DNA of 63,981 nucleotides, from positions 1-63,981 of the IMG/VR virus record IMGVR_UViG_3300014933_000403; one strand, 5' to 3'. Below the pieces are notes generated by a model that made no database searches, had not been told where the DNA came from, and worked only from the letters and a program-made list of their open reading frames with translations. Both the position numbers and the translations under genes were made by a program. Every line of letters begins with the position of its first letter. Position 1 is the stretch's first letter. Positions 8,413 through 17,828 of this stretch are shown here, in pieces. Source of the stretch: a virus. Lineage: Duplodnaviria; Caudoviricetes.

Positions 8413-9903
8413 ATGGAATTGACTAGCCTAAATAAAGACCGGAAGAGAAGAAGATCATCGGATGACTTGCCGATGTATGGTAAGGTACCCCCAAATGCAA
8501 GGGACTTGGAAGAAGCCGTTCTTGGGGCTATTCTTTTGGATGCGTCTGTATTCGATACGGTATGCGAAATCTTGAGGGCAGAATGCTTTTATGTAGAGGC
8601 AAATCAAAATATTTTCAGTTCAATGTTATCTCTCAGGCAAAAGCAAATGCCTATCGATTATTTAACCCTTATTGAAGAACTGAAAGCGAAAGAAGTGCTT
8701 GATGCTATAGGCGGCCCGATTGCTATAGTTAAGATCACCAATCGCGTCCCATCATCTGCACACGTAGAAGCCCATTCCAGGATCATACTGCAGAAGTTCA
8801 TACAAAGAGAATTAATCCGTGTGAGCGGGGAGATCATTGGCGATGCATATGAAGACAGCGCTGATGTGAAAGACCTGATCAGTGAAAGCGAAAGAAAGGT
8901 ATTGAATGTCGCAGGGTTCTTCCAGAAGAAATCATATTCCGACTCGGCATCAGTAATAGCACGTACATTAAACATCATCGATGCACAGAGAAACAGCACA
9001 GATGACTTTACTGGAGTACCAACAGGGTTCCCTTCCCTAGACAGAATAACATACGGGTGGCAGCCAACAGATTTAATCATCCTGGCAGCACGACCATCTG
9101 TAGGTAAAACCGCACTGGCTCTCAACCTAGCGATCAATGCAGCTAGGCATCACAGTAAGCCAACACCGGTAGGACTGTTCTCTTTGGAGATGAGTGAGAC
9201 ACAGTGCATGAACCGTATCCTATCAGCTGAATCAGGGATCATGTTCGAAAAAATTTCCAGAGGCAAGATGAGTGACTTTGAATATGATCACTTTATAAAA
9301 GAAGGCGTAAGGAAGGTAGAGATCGCCCCACTATACATAGATGACACCCCTGGTCTTAATATATTCGAATTCCGTTCAAAGGCAAGGAACATGGTCACCA
9401 AGCAGAAGGTTGGGTTGATCATCATTGATTACCTACAACTTATGACAGGTGATGCCGGCAAAGGAAACAGGGAGCAGGAAATCAGCAACATCTCCAGGAA
9501 CTTAAAGATAGTGGCCAAGGAACTCAACGTGCCGATCATAGCATTATCGCAGTTATCAAGGCAGGTAGAGAGCCGTAAAGAAAATAAGATGCCTCAGCTG
9601 AGTGATCTCCGCGAATCGGGAGCCATTGAACAGGATGCAGATTGTGTTATGTTCATATACCGCCCAGAATACCATGACATCCTTACCAATGAGAACGGGG
9701 AATCCACAGCTGGCGAGACTCATATCAAGACTGCTAAGAACAGAAATGGCAAGCTAGGCATCACCAGGCTCAGGGCAAGATTTGAGATACAGAAATTTGA
9801 GGAAGTTCCGGATGAGCCAAACCTCCCTAAATGGACACCGGTGCCAACAAACGTGAAATCATTCTCAGGATCTGCGGACAAAGAAGAAGACACCCCGTTC
9901 TAA
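8413..9903 (+). CDS. dnaB: Replicative DNA helicase DnaB
   Basis: PP...LEEAVLGAILLD, AARPSVGKT (Walker A), FSLEMS, IIIDYLQL, LSQLSR, DLRESGAIEQDAD, KNRNG. Confidence 0.97.
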   Translation: MELTSLNKDRKRRRSSDDLPMYGKVPPNARDLEEAVLGAILLDASVFDTVCEILRAECFYVEANQNIFSSMLSLRQKQMPIDYLTLIEELKAKEVLDAIGGPIAIVKITNRVPSSAHVEAHSRIILQKFIQRELIRVSGEIIGDAYEDSADVKDLISESERKVLNVAGFFQKKSYSDSASVIARTLNIIDAQRNSTDDFTGVPTGFPSLDRITYGWQPTDLIILAARPSVGKTALALNLAINAARHHSKPTPVGLFSLEMSETQCMNRILSAESGIMFEKISRGKMSDFEYDHFIKEGVRKVEIAPLYIDDTPGLNIFEFRSKARNMVTKQKVGLIIIDYLQLMTGDAGKGNREQEISNISRNLKIVAKELNVPIIALSQLSRQVESRKENKMPQLSDLRESGAIEQDADCVMFIYRPEYHDILTNENGESTAGETHIKTAKNRNGKLGITRLRARFEIQKFEEVPDEPNLPKWTPVPTNVKSFSGSADKEEDTPF

Positions 9904-9904
9904 T

Positions 9905-10354
9905 ATGAAAAAGGATTCAGGATTCACTATAGAGGCATTAAAAAAATCAGCGGTAGCTAATCTCAACCCTCACCTATTCGAAGAACAGCCAAAAATAGAA
10001 TCCAAACTACCAAGGAAGCCCAGAAAAGACAGTAAAGCTAAGAAGGATATAAACAGTTGGCTCTGGGCATGGTGCCGCGAAAAGGGCTTAGAATTGAAAT
10101 TAGAGCAAGAATTCCATCCTGCTAGGAAGTGGAGGTTCGATTGGCAGATACCAAAGCTTATGATTGGCATAGAGTACAATGGTATTATGTCGGATAAATC
10201 AAGGCACACGACCGTTGTCGGCTATACTGGTGACATGGAGAAAATAAACGCAGCCCAATCGCTCGGATGGACAGTTCTTCAATACACCCCACTCAACTAC
10301 AAAAGCTTAATTTCAGATGTAGAAAAAATATTTGATAAATTATTTGGAAAGTAA
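9905..10354 (+). CDS. PD-(D/E)XK endonuclease (DUF559/Vsr-like)
   Basis: FHPARKWRFDW...IGIEYNG...RH...D.EK.NAAQ.LGWTVLQYT. Confidence 0.75.
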   Translation: MKKDSGFTIEALKKSAVANLNPHLFEEQPKIESKLPRKPRKDSKAKKDINSWLWAWCREKGLELKLEQEFHPARKWRFDWQIPKLMIGIEYNGIMSDKSRHTTVVGYTGDMEKINAAQSLGWTVLQYTPLNYKSLISDVEKIFDKLFGK

Positions 10355-10375
10355 TGTACTGTACATTACCTTAGC
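10341..10375 (+). promoter_or_regulatory. Bacteroidota -33/-7 promoter with embedded palindromic operator, copy 2
   Basis: 33 of 35 nt identical to 706-740; GTAATGTAC-t-GTACATTAC at 10351-10369. Confidence 0.75.
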
Positions 10376-10392
10376 ACTTCAAATCAACACCG

Positions 10393-10632
10393 ATGATAGA
10401 ACTTATTTGCAAACAACCGGCACTATTCATTATCGGAGATGAGATTCAGCCAAGTAGTCCTATCGTTGTCGGTCAAAAATATCACCTTCTTGATTACAAC
10501 GTTCTTTTTGAAAGGCTGTATTTCACACTTGTTGAATTCGGTAAAGACTTTGGTTTTGAAGCAGAGTTGTTTGAGATCGTTGATAAGACCCCTCACTATC
10601 GTCAATGGCAAAAAGAATTAAATCTTAATTAA
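10393..10632 (+). CDS. Hypothetical protein
   Basis: First ORF after promoter copy 2. Confidence 0.6.
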   Translation: MIELICKQPALFIIGDEIQPSSPIVVGQKYHLLDYNVLFERLYFTLVEFGKDFGFEAELFEIVDKTPHYRQWQKELNLN

Positions 10633-10717
10633 TGGGAACCTTTATTTTATCATACTTCGGTGGTGCTGTAGCGATATTCTGTATTGTATCGGTGTCCCGT
10701 TATTTAACCAAATCAAA

Positions 10718-10996
10718 ATGAGATTGATACTTTTTATTGTTAGTCTGTGCCTTATTTCTATTAGTGTCTGTTATTTACTTAAACCTGCAACCGTAGTTAC
10801 TACTGAGTCTCTCCCGGTAGATGCCGCTATTGCTATTTATAAAGCAGGGTATATGTCTGGACATTACAGAGGGGTGCTCCACCAGAATATTGACTCCACA
10901 TGGATAAAAGATTCTACCGAATTCTCAAACTATTTCCATTTACCCGCACCACCAAAGAAGGATACTATTAAACCAGGGTCTCTGAGAGCCATATGA
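10718..10996 (+). CDS. Membrane-anchored or exported small protein
   Basis: N-terminal hydrophobic helix; DST, DST and DTI motifs in the soluble part. Confidence 0.6.
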   Translation: MRLILFIVSLCLISISVCYLLKPATVVTTESLPVDAAIAIYKAGYMSGHYRGVLHQNIDSTWIKDSTEFSNYFHLPAPPKKDTIKPGSLRAI

Positions 10997-12420
10997 AAGT
11001 AAACCTGCCAGATATAACCATCATCTGTGTTGACTGTGTAAACTACGGTCAGGCAGTACGAGCAATAAAGAAATGCCTACAGGAAGTTACACCTGCTAAG
11101 GCGATTCTTATTACTAACATCCACTACCCAAACCCAGATGGCTTTGAGGTAGTGAATATACCCACCATCCGGACTAAGGAAGAATACAGTTACTTTATGA
11201 TCAAGGAACTGTATAAGCATTTCAACACATCCCATTGTCTGGTAATTCAGCATGATGGGTATATCCTTGATGGTAACAACTGGAGAGAGGAATTTTTGCA
11301 ATACGACTATATCGGTGCTCCATGGATTTATGAGCACAACCGGAACATAGGCAATGGCGGTTTTTCTTTAAGGTCATTAAATATGCAATCGATCTTGGGT
11401 CAAGACCCTAATATTACCATTACGCACCCAGAAGATCAGGTTATCGGAATAAACTTCCGCACCTATCTTGAAGAAAACTATGGGCACTGTTTCCCATCAG
11501 AAGAACTAGCAGACACGTTCTCATACGAATTAAAAGAACCTGCCTGTCCCACATTCGGGTTTCATGGGAAGTTCCATAAACCATACCAGCCAACAATAGT
11601 GATCAAACGTTCTGGTGCATTAGGAGATATTGTAGCGATTGAGCCGGTACTTCAGTATTACCACAAGAAAGGATACCACGTAGCAATAGACTGCCCCCCC
11701 GCAGCCTATATGCTATTCCACAACCACGCATACCCTATTAAACACGTAAGCCATATTGATCACGGAAGAATCAAATGCGAATTCATTGATCTTGATATGA
11801 CCTATGAGAACAAACCTAAGCAGCTGCATCTGCAAAGCTACTTTGAAGCTTGCGAAATCACAGATTATAAACTCACCAACCCAAGACTATACTTCCCAAT
11901 CACCCCCCAGACAAAGCTGTTTAAGAAATACGCAGTGCTGCACATGGATAAAAGGGATCAGCCTGGCAGGAATGTTTATGGGGTAGCATGGCATACAATC
12001 GTTAAGGAATTGAATATCCTAGGCTATGATGTGATCCAGGTAGGCAACCGCGACTCAGAACTCACATCGGCACTCCATATGCAGACCCCATCCGTTAATA
12101 TGCTCATGTGGCTTATTGCCGGTGCCGATCTGTTCATAGGCATTGATTCCGGACCATCATGTATTGCGGTGGCTTTTAATATCCCATCGATCATATTCTT
12201 TGGGCAGGTGGCACCAGAGTATATCCATCCGGACATGGCCAATGTACACATTGTATCAAACGGTATCGTATGCGATAAACCAAGGTGTTGGCATGAGACA
12301 GTAACCACTACCGGTCAGGATTGCTATATCGACAAACAACTCCCACCCTGCGTACAGTTCACAACAGAACAGGTGATTGATGCTATTTATGATGTTTACG
12401 AAATAATTAATAACCAATGA
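10993..12420 (+). CDS. Two-domain glycosyltransferase (DUF5672-like GT-A domain plus GT9/heptosyltransferase-like domain)
   Basis: LVIQHDG, YDYIGAPW, GNGGFSLRS, PED, FGFH; then GALGD and FIGIDSGPSCIAVAF. Confidence 0.85.
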   Translation: MKVNLPDITIICVDCVNYGQAVRAIKKCLQEVTPAKAILITNIHYPNPDGFEVVNIPTIRTKEEYSYFMIKELYKHFNTSHCLVIQHDGYILDGNNWREEFLQYDYIGAPWIYEHNRNIGNGGFSLRSLNMQSILGQDPNITITHPEDQVIGINFRTYLEENYGHCFPSEELADTFSYELKEPACPTFGFHGKFHKPYQPTIVIKRSGALGDIVAIEPVLQYYHKKGYHVAIDCPPAAYMLFHNHAYPIKHVSHIDHGRIKCEFIDLDMTYENKPKQLHLQSYFEACEITDYKLTNPRLYFPITPQTKLFKKYAVLHMDKRDQPGRNVYGVAWHTIVKELNILGYDVIQVGNRDSELTSALHMQTPSVNMLMWLIAGADLFIGIDSGPSCIAVAFNIPSIIFFGQVAPEYIHPDMANVHIVSNGIVCDKPRCWHETVTTTGQDCYIDKQLPPCVQFTTEQVIDAIYDVYEIINNQ

Positions 12421-12575
12421 TAACACTACTAGTAATTTTCGCGGTAACCTATGTAAGATGCGTTTGGCTGTTTCTTAACAATAAAGAGACTGCTACATCT
12501 TGCGCTTTGTTACGTTTTATGTCAATTGTTCTTGCTTTTGTGGCCTGTGTGTTAATAGAAAAATATTTACCATAA
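12417..12575 (+). CDS. Small two-helix membrane protein, 52 aa, not in the ORF track
   Basis: MITLLVIFAVTYVRCVWLFL...FMSIVLAFVACVLIEKYLP; ATGA and TAATG coupling on both sides. Confidence 0.55.
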   Translation: MITLLVIFAVTYVRCVWLFLNNKETATSCALLRFMSIVLAFVACVLIEKYLP

Positions 12576-13327
12576 TGATATACGACTGCTTTACTTACAA
12601 CGGAGAAAGAGACCTACTGAAGATCAGATGCGAGGAAATGAAAGGATTAGATGTGCAGCACATCCTAGTTGAATCAACACACACCTTTACTGGTATCCCA
12701 AAGGAGATCACTTTTAACGAGTTCGACCGTGAGTTCATCCACTTCCCAATCAGGCAGATAATCGTTGATGATATGCCCAACACCGGTAATCCATGGGATA
12801 ATGAGAAACACCAGAGGAACGCAATCATCCGTGGGCTAATCACCGTACCAGACGATGCAATATGCATTATCTCTGATGTGGATGAGATTCCAAGAGCATC
12901 TGCATTACTAGCCATCACAGAACTCGGAGAAGGTATCACAGCCCTCAGGATGGATAAGTTCGGCTATTACCTCAACTGTCTGGAGGGAGTGCAGAGTTGG
13001 GAACGAGCCAGGATGTGCGAAGTAGGCTATGTGAAATCATTCTCCCCAGACTATGTACGTAATTCAGGGTATGAGCATGAGATCCTGAATGCCGGTTGGC
13101 ATTTCTCATGGATGGGTGGTCCAGAAGTAATGAAGAGAAAGCTTGACTCATTTTCTCACCAGGAGTGCAACACGCAAAAACTCAGGGATGCATTGGAGCA
13201 TAAATACCAGACAGGAGAATCTCTCTGGGGTGATGACCATTGGCTTTTTGTTAAGGTAGATGAAGCGTTCCCAGAGTATGTATTCCGTCACCAAAATGTA
13301 TTATCCCACCTAATAAAACCAATATAA
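12575..13327 (+). CDS. GT17-family (beta-1,4-GlcNAc transferase-like) glycosyltransferase
   Basis: IYDCF.YNGE, VES..TFTG.PK, E.HQRN, ISDVDEIP, GWHFSW, K..SFSHQE. Confidence 0.85.
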   Translation: MIYDCFTYNGERDLLKIRCEEMKGLDVQHILVESTHTFTGIPKEITFNEFDREFIHFPIRQIIVDDMPNTGNPWDNEKHQRNAIIRGLITVPDDAICIISDVDEIPRASALLAITELGEGITALRMDKFGYYLNCLEGVQSWERARMCEVGYVKSFSPDYVRNSGYEHEILNAGWHFSWMGGPEVMKRKLDSFSHQECNTQKLRDALEHKYQTGESLWGDDHWLFVKVDEAFPEYVFRHQNVLSHLIKPI

Positions 13328-13959
13328 TGCCATTATCACTTAATGAGATTGGACTTTCCCATGGAACAGACAAAGCATCCAATGGCCACAACTACCTGAA
13401 GTACTACGAGCAGCATTTTGCTTCAATGAGGTATAAACCGGTAAGCCTTCTGGAGATAGGAATCTGGGAAGGTGGCTCCTTAAAGATGTGGGAGGAGTAT
13501 TTCCCTGATGGGAAAATATTCGGTATTGATATCGATGAGAAGATTCAATATGATAGCACCAGAATCAAAACATTAGTTGCCGACCAGGGTGACTCAAACC
13601 AACTTCGTGCTATCCTAGGCGATGATACCGATCTGGATATTGTAATTGATGACGGTTCTCATGAGGGCCTACACCAACTGATATCTTTCAATACAATCTT
13701 CCCTATACTGAAGCCGGGCGCATTGTACTGCATTGAAGACCTCCTGTGTACTTACGATAGCAGATGGAATGATCCGATTAACTTCCGCGATCGGCTCAAG
13801 CAGATGATTGAGGAGGTGAATATGTCTGGCAACATATCCAACGACCATATCTGTGCCAACAAAGAAGAAGCCGTTACAAAATACGGTGGCAGTTACTGGG
13901 ATAAACACATCGAATGGATATTCGTTTCATGTGGATTGGTGATCATTAAAAAAATGTAA
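13327..13959 (+). CDS. Class I SAM-dependent methyltransferase, sugar O-methyltransferase-like
   Basis: GTDK...H.Y..YYE, LLEIG...GGSL.MW, GIDI, DQ, IVIDDGSH, GALYCIEDL. Confidence 0.85.
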   Translation: MPLSLNEIGLSHGTDKASNGHNYLKYYEQHFASMRYKPVSLLEIGIWEGGSLKMWEEYFPDGKIFGIDIDEKIQYDSTRIKTLVADQGDSNQLRAILGDDTDLDIVIDDGSHEGLHQLISFNTIFPILKPGALYCIEDLLCTYDSRWNDPINFRDRLKQMIEEVNMSGNISNDHICANKEEAVTKYGGSYWDKHIEWIFVSCGLVIIKKM

Positions 13960-14693
13960 TGGAATACATAACGCTAGCGACCGTAAACTGGAATCAAAGA
14001 CCAGCTCTGGAACTCATGCTGAAAAGCTATGTGAAATATCACTATGCCGGGGAGCCACTCAAGATCCTGGTATACGATAACGACTCCTCCGATGATTCGG
14101 TTAAGTGGATGCTTGATAACAACATCCCATTCACCAAGTCCCCCACCAATATAGGTCATGAGAATGCGTTAAACGTGATATATAAGCAGACCAGAACCAA
14201 ATATCTCCTTGTAGTGGACACAGATATCGAATTTAAGGTGGATACACATGAGCATTATCTTCCCCAGCTTGACCCGTTCGTGAACATAGCAGCGGGTGAA
14301 TACATCGATTGGGACCGCATGGGCGATAGTAAAATAAAACCCAGACTCAGCCCATGGTTCTTTTTATTCGACATCAAGAAGATGAAAGAACTAGGCGTGA
14401 CCTGTTTCCGTGATCCGAACTGTACAGATTGGAGTTATGACGTAGGGTCATGGCTCACCGAGAAGATCATCGCATCCGGCTACACCTTCGTGAACATCCC
14501 CAGGCTGCCATCCGATCAGGACAGAGACCCTGTAGGTATGAAGTACAAAACCCATGATCACTTCACCAGGGTATCCTGGAATCTGGAGAACCATATGGAC
14601 AGACATGACGAGGTAATGATGAGAAGGGAGCATATCCTGTCCCGCTTGGAAGAATACAAAGACATTGTTTTACGCGATAAATTCATGTTATGA
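13959..14693 (+). CDS. GT2/GT-A glycosyltransferase
   Basis: VYDNDSSD, NIGH, LVVDTD (DxD), YDVGS. Confidence 0.8.
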   Translation: MEYITLATVNWNQRPALELMLKSYVKYHYAGEPLKILVYDNDSSDDSVKWMLDNNIPFTKSPTNIGHENALNVIYKQTRTKYLLVVDTDIEFKVDTHEHYLPQLDPFVNIAAGEYIDWDRMGDSKIKPRLSPWFFLFDIKKMKELGVTCFRDPNCTDWSYDVGSWLTEKIIASGYTFVNIPRLPSDQDRDPVGMKYKTHDHFTRVSWNLENHMDRHDEVMMRREHILSRLEEYKDIVLRDKFML

Positions 14694-15448
14694 ACAAACA
14701 AACACTAGGAGGAACACTATTCGTCCGTGATGGTTTGAAATACGATTACTGCTTTATGGAAGCCATTAAGTGTTTACTGTCTCTGTGCGATCAGGTTGTT
14801 GTTTTGGATGCTGGTAGTGAAGATGGTACCAGAGAGCATCTCATTATAATGGCTGAAAAGAATCCTAAGATAAAGCTTATTTTTACCGAATATGAAGAAT
14901 GGGATGAACAGAAGGGTCCAGAGAAGCTTTCCTATTTCACCAACAAAGCCATCCAACATAATGAATGCGATTGGAACTTCAACCTACAGGCAGATGAGAT
15001 CATCCACGAGAAATCGTTTGGCACCATCAGGAAAGCAATAGAAGACCCGCTAGCCGATGCTTTTCTGTGCAGGCGTATAAACCTGTGGAAAGACCCTTAC
15101 CACTATTTAAACGTCCCACAGGAGCGATTACCATGCAGCGACTATGTGATTCGTCTAGCCAGGGCAGATAAGAAATCTGTGGGTGATGGGGAAAGCCTTG
15201 ACTCTCTGGCTGACATGAGGTTTATGGAAGACATCCGAATATACCATATGGGGTTCGTCAGGAAGAAGGAAGTGCATCCGGATAAGATTCGTCATATGCA
15301 GGCAGGAGTGTTTGGTATCAACCCAGACCCGAAGCTGGAAGGCATGACCACCTTTGATCCATACAAATGGTTCTCAGATGAAGACCTTCTCTCAATCACA
15401 GAGGAGTTGCCAATATTTATTCAGAAATGGGCTAGCACAAGGCCGTAA
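14690..15448 (+). CDS. GT2-family glycosyltransferase
   Basis: VVVLDAGSEDGT, LQADE, IYHMGFVR. Confidence 0.85.
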   Translation: MNKQTLGGTLFVRDGLKYDYCFMEAIKCLLSLCDQVVVLDAGSEDGTREHLIIMAEKNPKIKLIFTEYEEWDEQKGPEKLSYFTNKAIQHNECDWNFNLQADEIIHEKSFGTIRKAIEDPLADAFLCRRINLWKDPYHYLNVPQERLPCSDYVIRLARADKKSVGDGESLDSLADMRFMEDIRIYHMGFVRKKEVHPDKIRHMQAGVFGINPDPKLEGMTTFDPYKWFSDEDLLSITEELPIFIQKWASTRP

Positions 15449-15457
15449 ATAATTACC

Positions 15458-16390
15458 ATGGAAGCAAAAAATAAGATCATAACCATCAAACACACGGTCA
15501 ATTCGGGCGATTTAATTGCAAATCTAGCATCTATCAAACACGTTTGCGAATCTATGGGAAGGAAGGCTTTGATATATCAACAGTTGGATATGGAAGCTAT
15601 CTATTATCCTGGGGCTACTCATCCAGTAACAGATGACAAAGGGAAGATGGTCACCATGAACAAAAAGCAGTTCGATCTTCTCCAACCATTGGTCTTGGTG
15701 CAACCGTATGTAGCAGGATTCGCTCCGTTTGAAGGTCAGGAGGTAATGGTGGATCTTGGGAAGATGCGTGGTGAGATGAATATCAATATGCCATACATGG
15801 ACATCAGGCTCTGGCCTTCCCTCATCTGGCCAGATATGTGTCCAGACATCTCTCAGCCATGGTTGGAAGGTGCAAATGTGATACTTGGTATTGGGAGGGG
15901 TATAAAGATAAATTACGACAAAACAGTTACAGAAGAAACTCCTACGGGACCACATACTATTCTTGCAGGGTCTTCAGTAACTAAATACGGGATACCTATT
16001 GAAGACAAGGTGATCATCAACTTCACCGATCGCTATCGGAACAGCAACATCCATTACTACTGGCTGAAGGAATACCAGGATCATATCGTTTTTGCCGGAA
16101 CAGCAGGCGAGCATAAATCCTTCTGCGATAAATGGAAGCTGGACATACCGTATCTAGTAGTAGATAATTTCCTTCACCTAGCTGAAGCCATCAGACATTG
16201 CCGTTTTTTCATGGGCAACCAAAGTATGTGCTGGGGAATAGCAGATGCTATGAAGGTTACCCCAAGAATATTAGAGTACTGCACATGGGTACCAAACTGC
16301 ACATGGGGCATCGGTCCAGATAGCTATGCTTACCTGTATCAGCACAATGCGGAGTTTTATTTTAAGAAACTTTTTAACCAAACGAAATGA
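15458..16390 (+). CDS. GT9-like (GT-B) glycosyltransferase
   Basis: SGDLI at the N-terminus; FLHLAEAIRHCRFFMGNQSMCWGIADAM at the C-terminus. Confidence 0.65.
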   Translation: MEAKNKIITIKHTVNSGDLIANLASIKHVCESMGRKALIYQQLDMEAIYYPGATHPVTDDKGKMVTMNKKQFDLLQPLVLVQPYVAGFAPFEGQEVMVDLGKMRGEMNINMPYMDIRLWPSLIWPDMCPDISQPWLEGANVILGIGRGIKINYDKTVTEETPTGPHTILAGSSVTKYGIPIEDKVIINFTDRYRNSNIHYYWLKEYQDHIVFAGTAGEHKSFCDKWKLDIPYLVVDNFLHLAEAIRHCRFFMGNQSMCWGIADAMKVTPRILEYCTWVPNCTWGIGPDSYAYLYQHNAEFYFKKLFNQTK

Positions 16391-16394
16391 TCAT

Positions 16395-16715
16395 ATGGAA
16401 CTCCAAGACTACCTCCACTTCTACCTAGGCTGCCAGGTTGTAACCAATCTAGGCACCGGCACACTACTACAGGTATCAGACCTATCTCTAAATGAACCAC
16501 CATATAAGGTAGGATTCGATTTTGATATACCAGAAGGAGCGGAGGTAGAATGGTGTTCTCCAATCCTAAAGCCTGCTACTTTGTTACGTAACACTCCTGA
16601 TGGGGAAATATGCCTCAACCAAAAAGGTGTTGGTGGCAGGGTGAAATGGATGTGCGATAATGGCTATGATGCATTTGGATTAATAGAAGCAGAACTAGCT
16701 GTCCCTAATGAGTAA
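16395..16715 (+). CDS. Hypothetical phage protein
   Basis: YLHFYLGC...PILKP...DAFGLIE pattern; start refined. Confidence 0.6.
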   Translation: MELQDYLHFYLGCQVVTNLGTGTLLQVSDLSLNEPPYKVGFDFDIPEGAEVEWCSPILKPATLLRNTPDGEICLNQKGVGGRVKWMCDNGYDAFGLIEAELAVPNE

Positions 16716-17190
16716 GAAATTAGTCGATAAAAGAAACAAGCAGATACATAAGATCGTTCTCTGCATGAGAGACCCGACTATAATGCTGTGCCTAGGTGCT
16801 AACCTCATGAAGGTATGGGATGTTTATGTTGGTATCACCAAGGATCGGGTAAAGCACCCAGTTGATATGATGATGCTTGCATGGGCTGCCAGACACCCAT
16901 ATTTCAAAAAGAAAGCCTTCCAGGAGGCGTTAAAAGAAATCGACCCGTACTTTATACCGAATACCGAACACTACGCAAGCATAAACGCCATGTTGGGTAG
17001 GATGAAGAAGAGAAAGTGGGTCGATCGTGCTGTCTATAAGGGATCACAGACATGGTTTATAACAACAGAGGGTAAGCTATTTCTGATAGATGTGACGAAC
17101 GCTATCAGAAAGCTTACCCTCGAACTGTTGGTTAAGGCCAAAACACCCGAAGGGATGAGATGGCGAAAGTTTAAATCAATGGGCGGTTAG
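16708..17190 (+). CDS. Winged-helix (MarR-like) DNA-binding protein
   Basis: SINAMLGRMKKRKWVDR...WFITTEGKLFL wing motif. Confidence 0.55.
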   Translation: MSKKLVDKRNKQIHKIVLCMRDPTIMLCLGANLMKVWDVYVGITKDRVKHPVDMMMLAWAARHPYFKKKAFQEALKEIDPYFIPNTEHYASINAMLGRMKKRKWVDRAVYKGSQTWFITTEGKLFLIDVTNAIRKLTLELLVKAKTPEGMRWRKFKSMGG

Positions 17191-17309
17191 TGACCGGTAC
17201 ACAACATAACACAAAACCGCGAATGAGAATATCTGGCAGGCGATCTCCCAAAGCTGCCTTTTTTCCTGTTCTTTTTGCATGACATTAGATTTAAGGTTGG
17301 TTAATAATG

Positions 17310-17630
17310 TTATTCGTAAACGACATCCATCTCAGCTTTCATCTGTTGGATGATCCTCACCACTCCCCACCTGGTCTTACCCAAATGTTCAGCGATAAGC
17401 CTGGCAGAAAGCTTGCCTTCGGTCCGGAAATAATTCTCCCGAACAAATTGACGGTCTTCCTCACTCCACTCACGGGAGTATTCCTTCCTCCAGCCTTCCT
17501 TACGAGCCATGTTCCAAATCTGATCCTTAGTGATCCCGAACTGGGATACTAAATGTTTGATGTCGGTGTCAGGGAAGAGCAGAGACAACTCGGTCTTCTG
17601 CTCTGGTGATAAAATAGGTGTGTTTGCCAT
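17310..17630 (-). CDS. HTH/Myb-like repeat protein
   Basis: LSPEQKTEL and WSEEDRQFVRENY...IAEHLGKTRWGV. Confidence 0.65.
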   Translation of the reverse strand: MANTPILSPEQKTELSLLFPDTDIKHLVSQFGITKDQIWNMARKEGWRKEYSREWSEEDRQFVRENYFRTEGKLSARLIAEHLGKTRWGVVRIIQQMKAEMDVVYE

Positions 17631-17658
17631 AGATTAAATTTAATGAGGTTTGTTAATA

Positions 17659-17811
17659 TTACCACCACTTGGTTTTGCAAGAGGAGGCAATGCAGGCTCT
17701 CTGACCTTTGTTGATTTTGGAATAATTCCTCTCAGTAGCACAGGAAGAAAGGAAAGCAATCACGATGATGAGTCCAATCACTAGGATTGTGAAGTCTGGT
17801 GTTTTTTTCAT
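17659..17811 (-). CDS. Small lipoprotein
   Basis: MKK, hydrophobic core and lipobox LSSC; two further Cys. Confidence 0.65.
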   Translation of the reverse strand: MKKTPDFTILVIGLIIVIAFLSSCATERNYSKINKGQRACIASSCKTKWW

Positions 17812-17828
17812 GTTGGTTGTTTGTTTGG

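Larger units (their letters stand above)
6117..8426 (+). pseudogene. dcm: C5-cytosine DNA methyltransferase alpha subunit with a 246-codon insertion and an in-frame TAG at 8241 before motif X
   Basis: Motifs FSVIGG (I, G>V), GFPCQD (IV), ENV (VI), QNRSR (VIII), RRLT..ECERLQGFPDN; after the TAG the frame continues TKYG...RYKLCGNAVSV to a stop at 8426. Confidence 0.75.
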
